A DNA stretch of 63,082 nt, filler included, from Stramenopiles sp. TOSAG23-2 (Eukaryota): NCBI GenBank assembly GCA_900128395.1. It is 56 parts of 56 records of this genome, joined end to end, with 100 filler letters (N's around TTAATTAATTAA, not from the genome) between each part and the next. Parts side by side here need not be neighbours in the genome. Positions count along the whole stretch, not along the records: positions 36,226 to 37,252 come from LT653981.1; positions 37,353 to 38,379 come from LT653982.1; positions 38,480 to 39,506 come from LT653983.1; positions 39,607 to 40,632 come from LT653984.1; positions 40,733 to 41,757 come from LT653986.1; positions 41,858 to 42,882 come from LT653987.1; positions 42,983 to 44,006 come from LT653988.1; positions 44,107 to 45,130 come from LT653989.1; 48 more parts are not named here. One strand, given 5' to 3'. The first letter of the stretch is position 1; every line of letters starts with the position of its first letter. The position numbers and the translations under genes were made by a program. Shown in pieces: positions 36,910 through 48,970 of the stretch. Below the pieces are notes generated by a model that made no database searches, was not told the origin of the DNA, and worked only from the letters and a program-made list of their open reading frames with translations.

Positions 36910-37750
36910 CCCAGCCAGCAGGCGGCACAGCAGCGGTTCAGCTATAATAATAATCAGCAAAAAGATCTTCTTCGTTCATCAACAACAACAACAAGCAACA
37001 AATTGACCATTTAGAAAAATGAATGAAGATATCTTAAAATAAAAACATTGAAATAACAAAACAAGAAAAGCAAGTACAGGGTATACAGGAGTATAATATA
37101 ATATATATATATATATATACAACATAACGTAGACTATATAATTGACATAAAAATAAAATAACATATAAGTGTGTGTATATATATATATATATATATATCA
37201 AAACACTCATGGCGACATTAGCAACGGATAATAATCCATATGCATCGACAACNNNNNNNNNNNNNNNNNNNNNNNNNNNNNNNNNNNNNNNNNNNNTTAA
37301 TTAATTAANNNNNNNNNNNNNNNNNNNNNNNNNNNNNNNNNNNNNNNNNNNNAGGTTGCACCACCACCACCACCAACAGTGTCAAACAATTCTCAGCAAA
37401 AAGGCAAAAGATGATGCATGGGAAAGGTATATGGAAAGGAAAAGGCTTGAAGGTAAAAAAGCATGGTCAAAAGAGAGATGGTCAAAAAATTATGATCAAC
37501 TAGAAAAAGCACGTGCAAAAAGGTTAGAGGCAATGAGTGCATGAAGTATATAAAAAATGTTTTTAAAAAATCTAAAAAAATCTAATTATGACACATATAT
37601 TAATTTTATCAATATCATATCTAATATCATATATATAAATCTAATATGTTTATTTTTTATTTTTAAATATAATATTTTCGTAAAATTGATTTAAAATCCA
37701 ATTTGTGATGATAACATACCACGAATCTTTTAACATTCCTTTAAGATAAT

Positions 37751-38167
37751 TCAAGCAAAAACGCAATCATTCATCCAACTGTCGAGTTGTTCGCGACACC
37801 CTTCTGTACTAGCATCAGCGCCACTATCGGGGCTTTTTAGTTTTAATCCCATTTCATGTTGATTTAATAAATGATTAGCAATTTTATTTGCTAAAAAGCT
37901 TTTAGTTTTTGATAATAATTTATGTTTGGATTCAGCAGCATTCGATGCCCCATTCCTAACATTTTCTTCTACTTCCAATAATGATTCTAACGTAGTACCG
38001 TCAGTTAATATTTCTTTTTCTATAAAATCTTGCAACTCTTGTGTTTTCATCATCGCAGGTATATTATTATCGTTTGGTATAGACGTACTACTAATAACTA
38101 CATGAGAAGAAAGGACAACAATATTAAAAGTGATGATGAGTATTATTATTTGACAATATTTGTTCAT
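37751..38167 (-). CDS. Small secreted protein with signal peptide
   Basis: MNKYCQIIILIITFNIVVLSS hydrophobic N-terminus; complete 138-aa ORF. Confidence 0.6.
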   Translation of the reverse strand: MNKYCQIIILIITFNIVVLSSHVVISSTSIPNDNNIPAMMKTQELQDFIEKEILTDGTTLESLLEVEENVRNGASNAAESKHKLLSKTKSFLANKIANHLLNQHEMGLKLKSPDSGADASTEGCREQLDSWMNDCVFA

Positions 38168-38479
38168 GGTGTAAATATATATATATATAGTTACCTCCTA
38201 TTATATCAAACACAAGACAACAACAATAATAAAAATATTTAAAGTATGAAATACTATAATAGATTATATTTCTACATACAAATGGGATATGGGCATCTTC
38301 TATTTCAATTGTTTTTAAATTGTTTATTCACACACATGAAGAAAAGCGATTCTTCTTCTTTTCATACTTTTTTTTTTTTNNNNNNNNNNNNNNNNNNNNN
38401 NNNNNNNNNNNNNNNNNNNNNNNTTAATTAATTAANNNNNNNNNNNNNNNNNNNNNNNNNNNNNNNNNNNNNNNNNNNN

Positions 38480-39506
38480 TTGGTACAACATCAATGCCTT
38501 GATTCATTACCCAAGCAAGACTAAGCTGGGATAACGTCAATCCTTTACTTGCTGCCATATTTTCAATATTTTTAGCTACGTTAATATTGTTTTTTAAATT
38601 TTCTTCTTTCATATATGGCACAGTTGCTTTAAATGCTTTTGGTTTATCTCCATCATTAAATTGGCCAGATAAAAAGCCACGAGCAACTGGGGAATATGGT
38701 ACTATACCAATGCCTAATTCCCTGCATGTATCGACAACACCACCTGGATCTTCCAAATCACGAGCAATTAAAGACCATTCTTGTTGTACTGCACTGATTG
38801 GTTGCACAGCATGTGCCCGTCGAATAAATGATGGCGGTGCTTCGGAAAGCCCTACATATTTAATCATACCAGCATTTACTAATTTTTTGAAACCTTCCAT
38901 GACATCTTCAATTTCTTGATCTGGATACATTCTATGTAGATAATACAAATCGATTGTTTTGATACCTAACCGTTTCAATGATTTTTCACAAGATGATCGT
39001 ATTGCAGCATGCAATTGTTCTTTATTCAAGCCAGGTCGTACGCGAGAATGCTTAGTTGCAATAACCATTTTCTCCCGACCAACAGCAGCAATTGCTTTTC
39101 CCAATACAGCTTCATTATATAGTACATCACCATTTTTACCAGTTGGTACTGCATATGCTTCAGCAGTATCAAACATATTGATACCATGTGATATACAAGA
39201 TTGAATAAGACCTATACAATGATCATCACTCTTCGGCTTGCCATAAAACGCAGTCATACCCATACAGCCAAATCCTTGTGCACCACATACTAAACCTTGA
39301 TTTCCCAATTTTCTTTGCTGTGTTTGAGGTTTAAATAAATATCCTGTCCCAGATACTTTCCACGACGCATCAAAGCTTGCTTTTAAATCTGGTCTCATTT
39401 TACCAAATACATTTGTAATGTGTGTTTTAAATGCATCTTCATTTGCATATCCTTCAACAATATATAAATCTATTGGACTAAAAGAGGACATGGTGGTAGT
39501 GGTGGT
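38480..39506 (-). CDS. Aldo-keto reductase with an extra N-terminal, possibly ABM-like, domain; fragment
   Basis: GFGCMGM, FDTAEAY, IATK, SLKRLGIKTIDLYYLHR, VGLSE, QEWSL and YSPVARG. Upstream YIVEGYANEDAFKTH resembles the ABM ExYxxxxAxxxH motif. Confidence 0.92.
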
Positions 39507-39951
39507 NNNNNNNNNNNNNNNNNNNNNNNNNNNNNNNNNNNNNNNNNNNNTTAATTAATTAANNNNNNNNNNNNNNNNNNNNNNNNNNNNNNNNNNNNNN
39601 NNNNNNGGACAGACAAGTAAAAAAGACACAACAAAATGTAATAATACATGTGTGGCGATAAGCGCTGTATTTGTGTTGGAGGAGTTGTAAAATAAAATAT
39701 ATGATGTGTGTGTGTGTGTGTGTGTGTATGTGCGGAATGATGGATTAACATCATACGCGTAATGATACTTTCGTTTTTGATTGTACGTGTTAAAAATTTT
39801 ATATTCGTATTTTTTTTTTATAAAATATTACTTTTCGTAAAAAATATTAAAAATATCATATCATATTAATATTAATACGAAGCAATAAATAGATCATATA
39901 TATTCGTACTTATTTGTGCATTGCAACCACAACCTATTGTCATCCAAGACA

Positions 39952-40632
39952 ATGGTTGCTATGAATTCCACCCCTGGGGAATTCAAAACCAAAAAACTTT
40001 GGAAAACCTATGGACTGTTCACATCACTTTTCATCGATTGTGTTATTACCGGATTCAGACCTACTTGTGCTTATAGAGTATTAGCTTGCGGCGGCGATTA
40101 TTATAACTTAGATTTTATCCATCATATTATTTTATATGATATGATACCGATGGTAACACAAGTAAGAAGAAAGCATCGCAAAATGTTTTTGGTCGGATAG
40201 CACCATTTCAAGAAATGAAGTTGGAAAATACTATAAAATCCCCTTATAACGAATGGTTCATAATCCCGTCCTATCATGTACCTGAAAGTAGCATCGACGG
40301 TTACTCCAGCGTATTAAAAAAGTTGGGCATTAAAACTATGGGTTTACGGGAAACGTATGATAAAAATTTCTTCTTTCATAATGGGACTTTATGTTGTGAA
40401 TTGTCGGTGAGCAAAAACGGAAATAAAGACAATTCGATTAAAAAAACAAAGATCGAGCTTGAAAAAAAATGCATCAAGGATTTTGGCCCTAAATCTAAAT
40501 ACGATTCAATAAATCGTATATGGGATGATGATTTGCCGTTGGATAATTATATGTTTGGAATCGTGAATTATAGTACGAGTTCAAGTTACAGGCTAAAGGA
40601 GGTTGAGATTGGCATTAATTCACCCGCACATA
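39952..40632 (+). pseudogene. Two adjacent out-of-frame ORFs, possibly one disrupted gene of unknown function
   Basis: Coding-like composition is continuous across a stop and frame change near 40200-40215. Confidence 0.3.
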
Positions 40633-41360
40633 NNNNNNNNNNNNNNNNNNNNNNNNNNNNNNNNNNNNNNNNNNNNTTAATTAATTAANNNNNNNNNNNN
40701 NNNNNNNNNNNNNNNNNNNNNNNNNNNNNNNNAAAAGGCGGATAGGAAGACGAGAGACAAGAGGCGAAGAGCGAGGAAACCAACATTTCAATAAAAAATG
40801 ACTAATATAGGATATTTATTATACATACTATACTACCCTGTATAATTGATATTTTAGTCATTTCTAATTAGTATTATCTATATGTTAATGAAAGGAACCA
40901 AGAAGAATATATAATATTTTTACCCGGTATAGATGATTAAAATGGATTTATTAGTAATAAAAAATAATCACATTTACACATTTACAACTGAAAAATCATA
41001 AAATCATTAAAAACACTATATATAAAGATGGATAGATGGATAGATGGATAGATGGATAGATGGTAGATGTAGAAAGAGTGAAAGAAAAACAATATTGAAA
41101 TATTATATTCAAACCCCAGTAATTGTATTTATTATATACATGCACTGTGTATCCGTACATATATTTTATAAAAGTTCTAAGAATTATTTAGTTTTTACAT
41201 AATCATACAACGAAGTAGTAAATTACAAATTACTAAAATTGCATCTATTCATTTCGTCTAAATGGATAAATTAACCAAAGTATTTTATCAATAGAGGGTA
41301 CTTTTGAAACAATTAAACAAAACAAAGATACAATATCTAGAAAAGAAGATTACAACCATC

Positions 41361-41757
41361 ATGGCGTCCATCGCAAATCAAAACAGTAACGTCAATAAAA
41401 TGGATATACGAGGTGTGAAAATACAAGTATTACAAGATATATCCAAACGATTGAATGAATTTAATAATGCAGAACGTGTATTTTACAAAGGAAATAGTGC
41501 GATAAAATTAGCAGATAATATGTTACAAACACGTAAATTAAATAACAATAAACAAATTGTTCGAGAAAATATTAAGTTGAATGAGCAAGACCAATTATTA
41601 ATCAAGCCAAATATGAAGGCTGCAATTGGTGATCGTGTGCAAAAGGATATTACGCATTTGACATGGGAAGCTTGTTTCGATGATAAATCGAATGAGGTAT
41701 TTTATTACAATAAAAATACTAAAACATCTACATGGGACAAACCTGATGATATTTACA
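41361..41757 (+). CDS. WW-domain protein, N-terminal fragment
   Basis: WEACFDDKSNEVFYYNKNTKTSTWDKP. Confidence 0.85.
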
Positions 41758-41863
41758 NNNNNNNNNNNNNNNNNNNNNNNNNNNNNNNNNNNNNNNNNNN
41801 NTTAATTAATTAANNNNNNNNNNNNNNNNNNNNNNNNNNNNNNNNNNNNNNNNNNNNTCCACA

Positions 41864-42877
41864 CTATTCATGTAATGATAAAATATCAAACAATGCTTTC
41901 ATATGTCGTGGGCGATATTCACCTTCCCAATTTATTAATAAAGTAGAACCTTCAGATAATTGTCCTTTCACTACATTCCTTACAATTTTCTTATAATAAT
42001 CATTATTATAATTGCATAATGTTTCAAAAAGATATTTTAACCATAATAAATCAGTCGTGTCGAATCCTCTTCCAAAAATATAATCTAATGCCGCATCAAA
42101 AATTTTGTTTATCATTTCGTCAACATTATTAATATTTTCATTTTTATCATTATTTTTTGGTAATAATTTAAAAATATCTTGAAAAAAATGATTAAAATCT
42201 TTAATGGAAGATTGAAGCATACCAAATTTTGCAGATGACATACGTGGCCATTTTTTCAAATCAACGATGTCTTCTTCTTCTTGTTCTTCCATAATATTAT
42301 TATTATCAATACTTTTTTTTACGAAGGAAGATAAGGTCTCATCTTGTTCATCTGAAAAAAGAAAATATTCAAAAACAGCAAGTTGTTGATAAAAACCAAT
42401 ATTAGGATCAATTACCGGCCTTAATATCTTGACCTTTAAATATGCTTCATCTCGCTTCATTTTATGATATCTCATGAGATAAGCAATAATAATGGTTGAA
42501 GAACGTGAAATACCTTGTTGACAATGAGCTAAAACGGAGCCACCATTCATAATTATTGTATGTATAAATTCTGTCGAATCAGGGAAGTATGTACCAATAT
42601 CAGCACCAGATTCATCATTTATTCGTATATTGCAATATGTAATGTTATTGTTTTTTTCAAATACTCCTTTACTTTTAGTACAATTTACAATAGCTTTTAT
42701 ATTAAGTTTATTTAGTTCACCTAGCATTTCCAAATTATTACAAGACTCTTTGGAACCTAGATATAAATTAGGTAATATTTCATTGGCATAACCACGTAAA
42801 ACCGTTTTTATTTGTTGTACATTATTATTATTCTTCTTGGTCACTTTCGGACGATCATTATATACAATGCTTGCCAT
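41864..42877 (-). CDS. Dual-specificity protein phosphatase
   Basis: EILPNLYLGS, VLAHCQQGISRSSTIIIAYLM (HCxxGxxRS), RPVIDPNIGF. Confidence 0.95.
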   Translation of the reverse strand: MASIVYNDRPKVTKKNNNNVQQIKTVLRGYANEILPNLYLGSKESCNNLEMLGELNKLNIKAIVNCTKSKGVFEKNNNITYCNIRINDESGADIGTYFPDSTEFIHTIIMNGGSVLAHCQQGISRSSTIIIAYLMRYHKMKRDEAYLKVKILRPVIDPNIGFYQQLAVFEYFLFSDEQDETLSSFVKKSIDNNNIMEEQEEEDIVDLKKWPRMSSAKFGMLQSSIKDFNHFFQDIFKLLPKNNDKNENINNVDEMINKIFDAALDYIFGRGFDTTDLLWLKYLFETLCNYNNDYYKKIVRNVVKGQLSEGSTLLINWEGEYRPRHMKALFDILSLHE

Positions 42878-43414
42878 GATGTNNNNNNNNNNNNNNNNNN
42901 NNNNNNNNNNNNNNNNNNNNNNNNNNTTAATTAATTAANNNNNNNNNNNNNNNNNNNNNNNNNNNNNNNNNNNNNNNNNNNNTTCTATCTGTTTTCTCTT
43001 TTATAATTTGTATTGTTCTATTCTATTTGAAAAGTATCTGATACTATGCACTCTATTATTCATTCTTCTTCTACATATTATTGTTGTGCTATTCCATCAA
43101 TAATTATTATATTATTATTCATTATTTCATAGTATTATTTACATACCAGGTAATGCTATTATCATCGTAATAAATAATAATTTTCAAACCTCCTAATTCT
43201 GTGTAGATGGTATTGTACCCATAGTACTAAAAGAATGGAAAGAAAAAATACACACATACATTAACATTTTACGTATTAAATAAATATATAATAGCACAAC
43301 GAACCGTATATATTAATATTATTTACGAGAAGTATATATATTTTTATCTTTTTTTTGGTACACATCGGTTTGTAGATTTTCTTTTTCATTTATCGTATCG
43401 GTTAATGCCCTCTG

Positions 43415-43984
43415 TCATATTGTTTCGTTTTCAACTACTGTCACTACACTCTTCTTCTTGTTATTATTATTTCCAAAATAAAACATCAATAGAAAAGATA
43501 TAGCACATCCAATTGAACAACCTAAAATAATAATTGGAAATGTATCGATTCCTAATCCTACCATAATAAACGCAGCGAATGCTGGTATAGTCATATCACC
43601 AATACTTGCTCCAACTATAATAATACTCGTGCTGATTCCATCCATTTGCTTCATATATAAAGCAGCTGCATTTAATACTGCAGGGAATATGGAAGCATAA
43701 CAAAAACCATGTAAAAATGACATTATCCATAATATAAATGTATTGGTGGAAAAGATAATTAATACAATGGAGGAAAATAAACATCCAATTAAATCAATAG
43801 CTAACATTTTATTTGGTGAAAATTTTGTTGACAACGGTATAGCAATCAAACGTCCTATTGCAAGGCCACCCCAATAAATTGCAGTAACGCCTTTTCCATC
43901 TTGATCACTCCATTTTAATTTATTTGTATATGTGTATATTAATCCTCCATAAGAAGTTTCTGCACCGACATAAATGAATAAGGT
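43415..43984 (-). CDS. MFS transporter (MFSD4/fucose-permease-like), C-terminal half
   Basis: The frame extends upstream of the listed ORF as FIYVGAETSYGGLIYTY...YWGGLAIGRLIAIP, followed by ASIFP and GASIGDMTIP. Confidence 0.85.
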   Translation of the reverse strand, partial: TLFIYVGAETSYGGLIYTYTNKLKWSDQDGKGVTAIYWGGLAIGRLIAIPLSTKFSPNKMLAIDLIGCLFSSIVLIIFSTNTFILWIMSFLHGFCYASIFPAVLNAAALYMKQMDGISTSIIIVGASIGDMTIPAFAAFIMVGLGIDTFPIIILGCSIGCAISFLLMFYFGNNNNKKKSVVTVVENETI

Positions 43985-44216
43985 TGCACGGGAAAACGTA
44001 TTTTAANNNNNNNNNNNNNNNNNNNNNNNNNNNNNNNNNNNNNNNNNNNNTTAATTAATTAANNNNNNNNNNNNNNNNNNNNNNNNNNNNNNNNNNNNNN
44101 NNNNNNTCTCCAAAATTTAACGTAATACGTACTTCGTACATTTACACTCAAACAGAAAAGAGATCTCAAACCAACAACGACAACTATAATGATTAATACT
44201 CAACATCATATTTTCA

Positions 44217-45130
44217 TTATTGTGCTGGATGCGGCATTTGTGACAAAGGTGGTCCACCAGCAGTTGAATGGTATATACTTTGCAACAATAAATTAGGGAA
44301 AAAAAGTCGTGTGTGCGAATTCATCGGAATAATCATTACCAAGTTGTGCTAACGTTGGTGCTTCTTTTGCTGTTCTATGCGCTACACCTTGCCACATCGA
44401 TGCAGTAAATGCCATGCTGTACATATACATCCAACGTTGATCTGTCAATGCTGCAAGTAATGGCAAGTACATGTATCCCAATTGGTATTCACGATGACCA
44501 TATTTTGAGATTGAACTTTGATAAAGAATAGTTCCAAGTACAGCGATATTAATTGGCATTTTGTAATCTTTCAAAGCCCCTTGGAATTTGACATACAGGT
44601 ATTGCATTGCTAATCGCACTGCTAGATATGGCAGGACTTTTGAAGGTTGAATGGACATTCGTCCATTAAGCAAAACATCATAAATAATTGATTCAGCTAT
44701 GCACATAATCGGTGCAAATGTTGTATTCCAATTGTTTCTGTACGCAGAACGATAACTATATGCAACAGCTAATGCACCGCACGAACCAATTTTCACTGGT
44801 AAAGGCGTTGGGGATGTAAATAAACATGTAATTCCCCAAATAATGGCAGTTGCACTTGACAATGTATTGCCATATTGTGCAAGTTTGCCATCTGAACTTA
44901 CACCTGCACCAGATAAAATACCATCTAAACTATCTAGCAACATGAAATTCCCACCTAATTGCATGCATAACGCAATAACGTGCATAAATAAATCATATGG
45001 ATCTCTATGATCCCTTCGAAAATGATAATATGCACGTGGATATGAATTTCCTTCAGCATAATTCATAAATGGTTTCACTGGGTTTCCAAAGAATGGACCG
45101 AGTGCATGTATAAACGAACGTAATACTGGT
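44217..45130 (-). CDS. Membrane protein with Mpo1/DUF962-like His motifs, fragment; probable homopolymer frameshift near 44300
   Basis: YHFRRDHRDPYDLFMH and WQGVAHRTAKEAPTL. Removing one base from the A7 run extends FFP into NLLLQSIYH...AQ*. Confidence 0.5.
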
Positions 45131-47476
45131 NNNNNNNNNNNNNNNNNNNNNNNNNNNNNNNNNNNNNNNNNNNNTTAATTAATTAANNNNNNNNNNNNNN
45201 NNNNNNNNNNNNNNNNNNNNNNNNNNNNNNTGAATAATTGAATCTACTATTAATGAATTATTCCCTTGAAAAGATTGAAATGATTGTACTGTATAAACGT
45301 TTGAATTGAAAAGTACTTAAAAAGAATGTTCTTAAGTAAACTACTGCAGACGTTGTATAATCACGTTTGTATTACAAGATCTACTCTTCCCATGCACACC
45401 TCTTCACAAGTACACTTCCGTCTTGATATATGTATATATTCTCGTTTTATTTTTATTTATTATTTTGGATGATTTTTGGTGGTATACTACTAAGCATAAT
45501 AGCCTATCAATCGAACCTGCATTAATTATCCTGATATTACTGGAAACTTTCCTGATCGGCGCTTCAGTATTCTACTTCTTAGTATACTAATTCATGAAAG
45601 ATGTCCTGTGTGCACCGTGGACCAGCCAATTTATTCCAATGAATAATTATTTACAAAAATAACACGTAGGACAATGGGAGAAATCACTCGCTAAAACAAG
45701 ATGAAAATTCAGGCCAGCAGAGGACATTGTGGTCGTTCTATAACATCCTTGGGCACCCCTGGAATAACACGTAGGACAATGGGAGAAATCATTCGCATTC
45801 TATTAGAGATGTAATAAACATTTGAAGAGTTGAAAAGAAGCAACGCTGACTTTGCAATATTAATACTATTTCAATGCTATTTTAGATTTCACACCTTTTT
45901 CTGTGGTTTTTCTGTGGTGTAGAATTGAGGGTTTTTCCTCTGACCCGATTGATAGGAAATATGATCAAATAGAATACAAAAACTGAAGAAACAATAGAAC
46001 ATTGTATACTCCTTTTCAATGCTATGCAATGCTATTTTATAAAAAATAGCCAGGATTGGAAAAAATAAAAAATAGCAATCCAATACAAAACCTTACATCT
46101 GTACCTCTGTACCATAGAAAAAAAAAAACATTGTACCAGGTAGACTACTATGCACCTATTGGAAAAAATAAAAAATAGCAACATCTGTAGAAAAAATAAA
46201 ACATTGTACTATTGGAAAAAATAAAAAATAGCCAGTTGAATATTATCTTTGGANNNNNNNNNNNNNNNNNNNNNNNNNNNNNNNNNNNNNNNNNNNNTTA
46301 ATTAATTAANNNNNNNNNNNNNNNNNNNNNNNNNNNNNNNNNNNNNNNNNNNNCACTATTTAATATGAATGCATTTGATAGGAAGCTTACTCAATTTAAT
46401 GCTAAACGCGAAACTCATAAAAGGCCAAAAGTGCTCCCAAATCTTACAGAAGTTGAAAAGGAATCTTTTAGAGAATTGCGATCTACTGTCCAGGAATATT
46501 TAGGAAGGAGTGACTATACTTGGGTGAAACCTACACTTTGGAAAAACATTTTTGGTAGTAAAAGAGTTAGTTCGTTTACTGCGTAAGTTTGATTGTGTAT
46601 TTAGCGAGAGAAGAATTCGTATACGAAAACGGAATAATTATTTTTACGAAGTATATACTTCGTAATACGAAGCGTTCGTATTATAAAATGTTCTCTTACT
46701 CATATATATATATATATATAATATTTTAATTTTATACGCTTCGTATTTTTTTATTGGAAATTAAGTAATCCATCACAAAAACAATTTCATTTTCACACAT
46801 TTCCCATATCATTTTTACATGTGTTTTTTTTTATTTTTTTTTTTAATAAAATATATATATATGTATATTTGTGCTATAAATTATGTTTTTTTCTTCTCAA
46901 ATATTGGTTGAAATCTCTGGTCTAAGTACGTATTATTTGTATATTATACTAAAAATATTTAGCTATATAATATGGTTTTTATCCATTTAGGGCCAAAAAA
47001 GCTCATATATATATGATATATGATACACGAGTATATTTTTCAAATCAAAATAATTTAAATATAATAACGACGAACTATAAACATCATAAATATTAATTAT
47101 ACGAAGTATAAATACGAACACACACACACACACATATATATATATAATAATTAAATGCACAGCCACACATGTACGAAGTATTACGTTTTCTGCCTTGGTT
47201 TGTGACCCTTGTATTAATACACATTTAATTTGTGATATTGAATCACACGCGCACACTTCACAAAATATGCATATTATATATATATATGCATACTCCTCTA
47301 CAGATTATTAGAATGATATGCATACATTAAATATTCACTCGATGATGTGTGCCATTATCATCAGTATACAACGGCANNNNNNNNNNNNNNNNNNNNNNNN
47401 NNNNNNNNNNNNNNNNNNNNTTAATTAATTAANNNNNNNNNNNNNNNNNNNNNNNNNNNNNNNNNNNNNNNNNNNN

Positions 47477-48499
47477 ATCAAATCATTTGTGTTTTGTGGA
47501 AAAATATTTCTACTTTCAGGGGATACGCTCACTGGAAGATTACTTTGATTACCAATAGTGTCATAAGTGTATAAGTTCATTGGCACGGCAGAGCCTTTTA
47601 ATGTTACTCGATCTAATGGTCTACACTTCATTTTTGTTGTATCGTTAAGCTGGTTGTAAAAATCTTCACTAATCAACATTGAAACTCCATATTGTTTTGT
47701 CGCTGCTTCGAGTCTCGCTGCTATGAGGAAACAATCACTTCAAACCACAAGACTCCAAATATAATGCAAGAAATGGCAAAAACTGGAATATCAGCTTCAG
47801 CTGGCATAAATGCTACTCGTAGGTCGTCTAAGTAAAGAGAGCATAATATAAACGTCATAAATATGGAATGGTACGTAGTGCTGAATTCCAACACACAGTT
47901 TTTAGCACGTTGGGCAACATGTGTTTCACGTAAATTTTGAACTTGAGTTGCAAGGTTATGTATTGAATTGCTTCTTCCTAAAAATGACCCACTTCGCTTT
48001 ACTAAACTATTTCCACGCTCAATGTTTCCAGAATTTAAATCATCATGAAGATGCCCAGAAGATAATCTTCTTGTAACTTCTTTAATTTCATTATCCATGG
48101 AAATTCTAGAATCTGGAATGGATGTTGTCGAACTATGGAGTGAAAAATTACTAGACGAGGATAATCTTTTCATCGTTTTGGCTCTTTTTGGTGTAAAATT
48201 TGATGTACTACCTAACGATGTGGACAAATCAGTTATTGGTGTTGTACTTATAGTTAAATCGCTTTCATTTGGCTCATTGGATACCATAAATAATTTACCA
48301 CGCGTATTTCGTTTACGTGCATTTGGCAATGTTTTTTTTCTAGATGGCGATAATGGCGAAAAATTAGATTGCGAGCGTATTTTTGCTAATTGCTTTCTAC
48401 GAGTTTGACGAATCGAGCCTTCTAACTTGACAAGATCATTAAATCCCCCTACAGATGCTATGCGTTTTATTGCATCTACTGTAGCTTTTTTATTTTCAT
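47477..48499 (-). pseudogene. Ion-channel/class III adenylyl cyclase fusion gene with a large internal deletion (or chimeric contig)
   Basis: S1-S2-like FILCSLYLDDLRVAF..EADIPVF...WFEVIVSS* is joined out of frame at 47721-47724 to the cyclase segment IAARLEAATKQYGVSMLISEDF...LDRVTLKGS..PMNLYT. Confidence 0.75.
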
Positions 48500-48768
48500 N
48501 NNNNNNNNNNNNNNNNNNNNNNNNNNNNNNNNNNNNNNNNNNNTTAATTAATTAANNNNNNNNNNNNNNNNNNNNNNNNNNNNNNNNNNNNNNNNNNNNA
48601 GAAGAAAGGAGAAGCAGAACAAGCAAACGGCAAACAACGAAACGGAGAACGAGGGAAAAAAAAAAAAGACACTGGAGAAGAAGGAAAAAAAAAACAAGAA
48701 CGAAACGGAAAAAAACAACGCCGCGACCACGAGAAGAAGAAGAAGAGACAAACAAGCAACCCAAAAGC

Positions 48769-48775
48769 AAAAAAA
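48769..48775 (-). terminator. RNA polymerase III terminator (T7) of the tRNA gene
   Basis: TTTCTTTTTTT immediately follows the discriminator base on the minus strand. Confidence 0.75.
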
Positions 48776-48823
48776 GAAATGTCTGCTGTGGGGTTTGAAC
48801 CCACGCCTACGAATAGATCAGGG

Positions 48824-48887
48824 CTGTTTGTTTTGTTTGTTAGAGAAAATTTGCTAGGAACGGTTGTACTTGTTACAGTAGACATAC
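48824..48887 (-). other. Spliceosomal-type intron 2 of tRNA-Leu, 64 nt, at position 37/38
   Basis: GTATGT 5' end, CTCTAAC branch motif, ...AAACAG 3' end. Confidence 0.85.
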
Positions 48888-48900
48888 CCTAAACCTGACG

Positions 48901-48970
48901 CTGCATTGTGATAAGGATTTTGTTTTGTTAGAGAAAATTTGATAGGAATAGTTGTACTTGTTAGACATAC
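48901..48970 (-). other. Spliceosomal-type intron 1 of tRNA-Leu, 70 nt, at position 24/25 in the D-stem
   Basis: GTATGT 5' end, CTCTAAC branch motif, ...ATGCAG 3' end. Confidence 0.85.

Noticed and set aside
46644-46683. Resemblance to loxP half-sites (ACTTCGTA/TACGAAG)
   Set aside because: The 13-8-13 architecture is absent and the hexamer is common in this genome's intergenic DNA.
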